Shown: piece after piece, positions 58,811 to 64,000 of the stretch
Layout of the letters: every line of letters begins with the position of its first letter
Numbering within the stretch: position 1 is the stretch's first letter
Origin: Bacteriovoracaceae bacterium
GTDB lineage: Bacteria > Bdellovibrionota > Bacteriovoracia > Bacteriovoracales > Bacteriovoracaceae
DNA length: 64,000 nucleotides
Reading direction: 5' to 3'
NCBI GenBank assembly: GCA_048270185.1
Contig: JBLWTJ010000004.1
Location: forward strand, 64,001-128,000
Notes under the pieces: generated by a model
Database searches by the model: none
Seen by the model: only the letters and a program-made list of their open reading frames with translations
Told to the model about the DNA's origin: nothing
Position numbers and translations under genes: made by a program

Positions 58811-61618
58811 ATGAATGATGAAATTAAAATTGTAAAAGCTCGTGTCCATAATCTTAAAGACGTCACAATTAATATTCCAAAGAATAAACTAACTGTTATT
58901 ACTGGACCTTCTGGCTCAGGGAAAAGTTCACTTGCATTTGACACTGTTTATGCCGAAGGACAAAGACGTTATATTGAATCTCTATCTTCTTATGCAAGAC
59001 AGTTTCTAGGACAACAACAAGCTCCTGATGTTGAATCAATAACAGGTCTATCTCCTGCTATTGCTATTGATCAAAAAACAACTAATAAGAATCCTCGCTC
59101 AACTGTTGGAACTATTACTGAAGTTTATGATTATATGCGTGTTCTCTATGCGCGAGTTGGAGATCTCTATGACCCTAATAACGGAGAGAAAGTTGTAAGC
59201 TATACTCCAGGACAGATCACACGTGATCTTATGACTTTGCCAGAAAAGACTAAACTACATATTACAGTTGAAATTACAGACGAGACAAAGAAGGCCCTTG
59301 AGCAACAAATGGCCAAGTATCTCTCAATGGGATTCTCTCGCTTTATTGTTAATGATGAGATCATGCTACTTGATTCTAGTGAAATCAAATCACTTAAGGC
59401 CGAAGATGAAATCCTTGTTGTAATTGATCGTATCTTAGTAAAACCAGATATTGAAAAGAGACTTACTGATTCAGTTGAACTAGGTTTAAAACTTGGACAA
59501 GGTATTATCCACGTTATGATCAATGATGATTTTCATACTTATTCTGAAATCAACATGTCTCATGTAACTGGAGAAGTTTTTCCAGACCTTGAGCCACGAT
59601 TATTTTCTTTTAACTCACCAGTTGGTGCCTGTGGAAAATGTAATGGCCTTGGCGAATCGAAAGAATTTGTTCTTAGTGAGCTTATTTTTGATGATTCACT
59701 TCCAATTCTTAAAGGAGCCATCCCTCTTCTTACAAAAAAGAATAACTTTCTCTACAAAATGGTTGAGTGCATGCTCACTGAAGAGGGCTTTGATATTAAG
59801 AAACCAATGAACACAATGCCTAAGAAGTGTTTCAAAATTCTGACAGAAGGTGGAGATAAGATCTATACTTATAAGTTTAAATCTGAAAACTCAAACTTTG
59901 AATTCTCTAAACCTTTCCCAGGATTAATAAACTGGCTGAATAAGAAATACATGGAATCGACAAGTGAGCGCGTAAGAAGTGAACTTGAAAAGAGCATGAA
60001 GGTACAAAAATGTTCTGACTGTGGTGGTAAAAGATTAAATGAGATTGCCCTTAGTACAAAGGTCGGTAATAAGAATATTATTGAACTATGTGATATCCCC
60101 CTAAGTGAGACATATGATTTCTTCGATAATTTAAAACTTGAAGGTATCAAGGAAAAGATTGGCGCTAAGCTCCTCGTAGAGATAACTTCTCGACTCAAGT
60201 TCCTAAATGATGTCGGTCTTGATTACTTAACACTAAACCGCTCTGCTAGAACTTTAAGTGGTGGTGAATCACAACGTATAAGGCTTGCGACTCAAATTGG
60301 TTCCGCACTCTCAGGAGTCCTCTATGTTTTAGATGAACCAAGTATTGGACTTCATCAAAGAGATAATGTTCGCCTGATCAAGACTTTAAAAGAGCTTAGA
60401 GATCTTGGAAATACAGTCTTAGTTGTTGAACACGATGAAGATACGATGAAGGCCAGCGACTATATTATTGATATGGGCCCAGGTGCCGGTGTACATGGTG
60501 GAGAAATCGTTGCTCATGCTATTTCAAAAGATTTTTTAAAGAAAAAATCACTAACAGCTGATTACTTGAATCATAAAGTAACGATCCCTGTACCAAAAGA
60601 GAGAAGAAAACTTACTAAAACAATTAAGTTAAAAGGTGCCGAACATAATAACTTAAAGAAAGTTAATGTCGAATTTCCTCTAGGTGGACTAGTGTGTATC
60701 TCAGGTGTTTCTGGCTCAGGTAAATCTACACTTATTCATGAAGTATTAATACCTGCAGTTAAGACTGGATTAACTAGAATAAACAAGTCAATCTACGACA
60801 AAGCAAACTACCAATCAATTACTGGTGTTAGTGATATTAAAACTGTCATTGAGTTAGACCAGTCTCCAATTGGCAGAACACCACACTCAAACCCTGCAAC
60901 TTATTCAGGACTCTTTGATGATGTCAGAAAATTATTTGCAGCTACAAACGAATCACAAATAAGAGGTTACAAACCTGGTCGCTTTAGCTTCAACGTAAAA
61001 GGTGGCCGCTGTGAAGAATGTGAAGGTAATGGTGTTCAAAAAATTGAGATGCACTTTCTACCTGATGTCTATGTGACATGCAATGAGTGTAACGGACGTC
61101 GATATAATAACGAAACTCTTTCAGTTCTTTATAAAGGAAAATCTGTTGCCGATATTCTCGAGATGACGATTGAAGAAGGTTATGAATTCTTTAAAAATCA
61201 TAAACGACTAGGTCGAATTCTTAAAACCATGAATGATGTCGGACTTGGTTATATGACACTAGGGCAACCGGCAACAACTCTATCTGGCGGAGAGGCCCAA
61301 AGACTTAAGCTTGCCAGAGAACTTGCTAAGTCAACAAAGGGACACACCCTCTATGTACTTGATGAGCCCACGACTGGATTACACTTTGAAGATATAAAAG
61401 TATTAATGAAAGCAATTAATGATCTCGTGGAAAGTGATAATTCTGTTTTAATCATTGAACATAATCTCGATGTACTAAAAGTCGCTGATCATATAATTGA
61501 CCTCGGTCCAGAAGGTGGACATCGTGGAGGAACAATTGTTGCTGCAGGAACACCTGAAGAAGTAGCTAAAGTTAAAGCTTCTCACACTGGACAATTTTTA
61601 AAAGCGGTACTTAAGTAA
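58811..61618 (+). CDS. uvrA: Excinuclease ABC subunit A
   Basis: Two ABC cassettes ([21 protein letters not shown] x2), EGQRRY, FSFN. Confidence 0.98.
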   Translation: MNDEIKIVKARVHNLKDVTINIPKNKLTVITGPSGSGKSSLAFDTVYAEGQRRYIESLSSYARQFLGQQQAPDVESITGLSPAIAIDQKTTNKNPRSTVGTITEVYDYMRVLYARVGDLYDPNNGEKVVSYTPGQITRDLMTLPEKTKLHITVEITDETKKALEQQMAKYLSMGFSRFIVNDEIMLLDSSEIKSLKAEDEILVVIDRILVKPDIEKRLTDSVELGLKLGQGIIHVMINDDFHTYSEINMSHVTGEVFPDLEPRLFSFNSPVGACGKCNGLGESKEFVLSELIFDDSLPILKGAIPLLTKKNNFLYKMVECMLTEEGFDIKKPMNTMPKKCFKILTEGGDKIYTYKFKSENSNFEFSKPFPGLINWLNKKYMESTSERVRSELEKSMKVQKCSDCGGKRLNEIALSTKVGNKNIIELCDIPLSETYDFFDNLKLEGIKEKIGAKLLVEITSRLKFLNDVGLDYLTLNRSARTLSGGESQRIRLATQIGSALSGVLYVLDEPSIGLHQRDNVRLIKTLKELRDLGNTVLVVEHDEDTMKASDYIIDMGPGAGVHGGEIVAHAISKDFLKKKSLTADYLNHKVTIPVPKERRKLTKTIKLKGAEHNNLKKVNVEFPLGGLVCISGVSGSGKSTLIHEVLIPAVKTGLTRINKSIYDKANYQSITGVSDIKTVIELDQSPIGRTPHSNPATYSGLFDDVRKLFAATNESQIRGYKPGRFSFNVKGGRCEECEGNGVQKIEMHFLPDVYVTCNECNGRRYNNETLSVLYKGKSVADILEMTIEEGYEFFKNHKRLGRILKTMNDVGLGYMTLGQPATTLSGGEAQRLKLARELAKSTKGHTLYVLDEPTTGLHFEDIKVLMKAINDLVESDNSVLIIEHNLDVLKVADHIIDLGPEGGHRGGTIVAAGTPEEVAKVKASHTGQFLKAVLK

Positions 61619-62349
61619 TGGAAGAATTTTACAATTTAAAAGATAAGAACTTAATCAAAGAAGACTATTGTATTGCTGAGACTGAAAAGGTCGTTTGCAA
61701 AGCACTACGTTCAAACCATAAAGTCGAAAAAGTTCTAGCAACTCAAGAGTTCTATGATGCAAATAAGGAATTAATCGATACAAATAGTGATGAAGTCTTT
61801 ATTCGTACGAAAGATGAAATGCAAGAAATTACAGGGTTCAAACTACATCATGGAATTCTTGCAAAGGTTCATACAACAGGCCTTAAGAAGATTGAAGAAT
61901 TAGGTAATAAAATCTTAATCTTTAATGGTGTCACTTCACCGGAGAATGTTGGAACTATGACTCGAGCGGCAATGGCCTTTGGCTTTGATTCGATTATCTA
62001 TGATGCAAAGAGTGCCTCTCCTTATCTTAGACGATGTATTCGAGTTTCTATGGGAAATGCTTTTGAAGCGAATGTTTGTAAGTCAGAAAATCTAACAAGT
62101 GATATAACTAAGCTACAAGAATTAGGCTATAACGTCTGTGCAACGGCCAATGAAGAAGGTGCCATTTCAATTGCTGATTACAAGTATCCTGAAAAAATTT
62201 GTATTGTCATTGGTAATGAAGGTAATGGAATGGATCGAGAAGTAATTGAAGCTTGTGATAAGAAATTGTTTATTCCCATAACTAATTATGTTGCACACCT
62301 TAATGCTGCCAGTGCTGCATCAATTTTTCTTTACCATTCTATCTTTTAA
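61618..62349 (+). CDS. TrmH/SpoU-family RNA methyltransferase
   Basis: PENVGT..R, RVSMG, GNEGNG and HLNAA motifs. Confidence 0.9.
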   Translation: MEEFYNLKDKNLIKEDYCIAETEKVVCKALRSNHKVEKVLATQEFYDANKELIDTNSDEVFIRTKDEMQEITGFKLHHGILAKVHTTGLKKIEELGNKILIFNGVTSPENVGTMTRAAMAFGFDSIIYDAKSASPYLRRCIRVSMGNAFEANVCKSENLTSDITKLQELGYNVCATANEEGAISIADYKYPEKICIVIGNEGNGMDREVIEACDKKLFIPITNYVAHLNAASAASIFLYHSIF

Positions 62350-62453
62350 TTTAGATTTATTTAAACTGACATAAATGAGCTACACCTATAACTTAGGCCT
62401 ATCAGCTCTACACCACACACCGATAGAGATTGATTAATTTCGTTTTCCGTCAT

Positions 62454-62488
62454 AAAAAAGGCCTCCGAATTTTGGAGGCCTTTCTTTT
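62454..62488. terminator. Bidirectional rho-independent terminator between convergent trmH and ribH
   Basis: AAAAAAGGCCTCC-GAATTTT-GGAGGCCTTTCTTTT. Confidence 0.85.
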
Positions 62489-62506
62489 ATCTAAATGTAT
62501 TTTTAA

Positions 62507-62974
62507 TTATTCAATTGTTTTAAGAAGAGTTGCCATTTCAATTGCTGACATTGCTGCTTCCCAACCTTTATTCCCTGCTTTTGTTCCTGCTCTTTCAATT
62601 GCTTGTTCAATTGAATCAACTGTAAGCACTCCAAAGGCAACTGGTACACCTGTCTCAAGAGAAACTCTTGCTACACCTTTTGCAACTTCACCAGATACAT
62701 AGTCAAAGTGTGGAGTTGACCCACGAATAACTGCACCAAGAGTGATGATCCCATCATACTTTTTCGTTGCTGCAAGTCTTTGCGCTACTAATGGAATTTC
62801 AAATGCGCCTGGAACCCAAGCAATATCCATATCTTCTACATCACCATCATGTCTTTTAATACAATCAACAGCACCACCTAATAACTTGCTTGTGATAAGC
62901 TCGTTAAAACGTCCTGCAACGATTGCAAATTTCTTTCCAGATGCATTTAAGTTACCTTCTAGATTTCTAGGCAT
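62507..62974 (-). CDS. ribH: 6,7-dimethyl-8-ribityllumazine synthase
   Basis: [22 protein letters not shown] and GNKG motifs. Confidence 0.97.
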   Translation of the reverse strand: MPRNLEGNLNASGKKFAIVAGRFNELITSKLLGGAVDCIKRHDGDVEDMDIAWVPGAFEIPLVAQRLAATKKYDGIITLGAVIRGSTPHFDYVSGEVAKGVARVSLETGVPVAFGVLTVDSIEQAIERAGTKAGNKGWEAAMSAIEMATLLKTIE

Positions 62975-63614
62975 GTGTTTCTCCTAATTGTGTTGCACTC
63001 TCACCAAGTGCATCCTTTCTATATTTGATTAAGTCTTTAATTGTTATAAATTTAAGATTGTGCTTTTTTGCGATTTCGCTAAGCTCATCTGCTTTTGCCA
63101 TTGTTCCATCTTCGCTCATAATTTCACAAATCACACCTGAAGGGTGGCAACCTGCAATTCGAGCAAGATCAACTGCTGCTTCAGTATGACCATCTCTTTC
63201 TAATACTCCACCATCTTTTGCAATTAGTGGAAAGATATGTCCTGGTCTCATGAAGCTATCTGGAGTTGAATCAGCATTTGTTAGAAGAGATACAGTTAAG
63301 GCGCGATCAGCACATGAAATTCCTGTCCCACCATTTGCGGCATCAATTGAAACCGTAAAAGCTGTGTGATGAACAGAATCATTTTGAGCAACCATTAAAG
63401 GTAGTTCCAGCTCTAGTGCTCTCTTCTTTGTAATAGGTGTACAGATAAGTCCACGTCCAACTGTGGCCATAAAGTTGATTGCCTCAGGTGTAATGCGATC
63501 AGCTGCCATAACAAAGTCACCTTCATTCTCGCGATCTTCATCATCAATTACAATCACCATCTTACCAAGGCGAATATCTTCAATTGCATCTTCAATTTTA
63601 TCAAAATTAATCAT
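62967..63614 (-). CDS. ribB: 3,4-dihydroxy-2-butanone-4-phosphate synthase (stand-alone)
   Basis: [29 protein letters not shown] and ICEI motifs. Confidence 0.96.
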   Translation of the reverse strand: MINFDKIEDAIEDIRLGKMVIVIDDEDRENEGDFVMAADRITPEAINFMATVGRGLICTPITKKRALELELPLMVAQNDSVHHTAFTVSIDAANGGTGISCADRALTVSLLTNADSTPDSFMRPGHIFPLIAKDGGVLERDGHTEAAVDLARIAGCHPSGVICEIMSEDGTMAKADELSEIAKKHNLKFITIKDLIKYRKDALGESATQLGETHA

Positions 63615-64000
63615 TTAAAAACGACTCCAAACTCGACGTTGTGTCTGTATTACTACGTCTAGCACCATTAAAAAGCAAGTTTTCAATATATTTTCCAAGG
63701 ATATCCACTTCAATATTTACAAGGCTTTGAACACTTCGATTGCGAAGAACTGTATTTTGCCAAGTATGCGGAATTATAGAAAGCTGAAATGAACAATCGG
63801 CTTTAAAAACATCACTTACAGTTAGTGATATCCCATCGATCGTGACAGAGCCTTCTTTGACAATATATTTCATTTGCTTTGAACTAACTTTTACAGTGAC
63901 AAGATAGTTCTGCCCCATATTTCTTATTTGAGTAATCTGTCCAACGTCATTAACGTGACCTTGAACGATATGGCCTCCAAGTCGATCACTTGCTCTTAGT
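63607..64000 (-). CDS. ribE: Riboflavin synthase alpha chain (5' end outside the window)
   Basis: Frame stays open to the window edge: [35 protein letters not shown]. Confidence 0.93.
   Translation of the reverse strand, partial: LRASDRLGGHIVQGHVNDVGQITQIRNMGQNYLVTVKVSSKQMKYIVKEGSVTIDGISLTVSDVFKADCSFQLSIIPHTWQNTVLRNRSVQSLVNIEVDILGKYIENLLFNGARRSNTDTTSSLESFLND

Noticed and set aside
388..62987. Numerous 60-110 aa antisense or alternative-frame ORFs in the track
   Set aside because: They lie within well-supported genes and show no recognisable motifs.

Overview
A 64 kb AT-rich bacterial chromosome segment of mostly core genes. Gene content (dnaX-ybaB-recR-mglB-mglA linkage, split complex I operon, many secreted hypothetical proteins) suggests a predatory Bdellovibrionota member such as Bacteriovorax/Halobacteriovorax; this is an inference. 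In order: a minus-strand dcw cluster (rsmH-ftsL-ftsI-murE-murF-mraY-murD-like-hyp-ftsW-murC-murB-ftsQ-like-ftsA-ftsZ; no mraZ, murG or ddl); an alpha/beta hydrolase; ffs-dnaX-ybaB-recR-mglB-mglA; an LPP20/LpoB/COG3014-type lipoprotein operon with tadA; tcdA; tRNA-Arg; an ~8 kb accessory stretch (OMPLA, MipA-fusion barrel, MCP-hemerythrin, hydrolases, metzincin-like protease); two tRNA-Ser; a GYF-TM-TPR protein; a membrane-arm-only nuoA-H-J-K-L-M-N operon; mfd-ppiC-surA-pdxA-uvrA-trmH; and the end of the riboflavin operon. The main finding: directly behind nuoN, seven intact, tightly coupled, very hydrophobic ORFs appear to be a second, extremely diverged and shortened copy of the same nuoA-H-J-K-L-M-N arm, in the same order and apparently lacking the proton-pumping residues. 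Also notable: a MurD homologue with a degenerate active site. All family assignments were made by eye from motifs and synteny; no database search was run.
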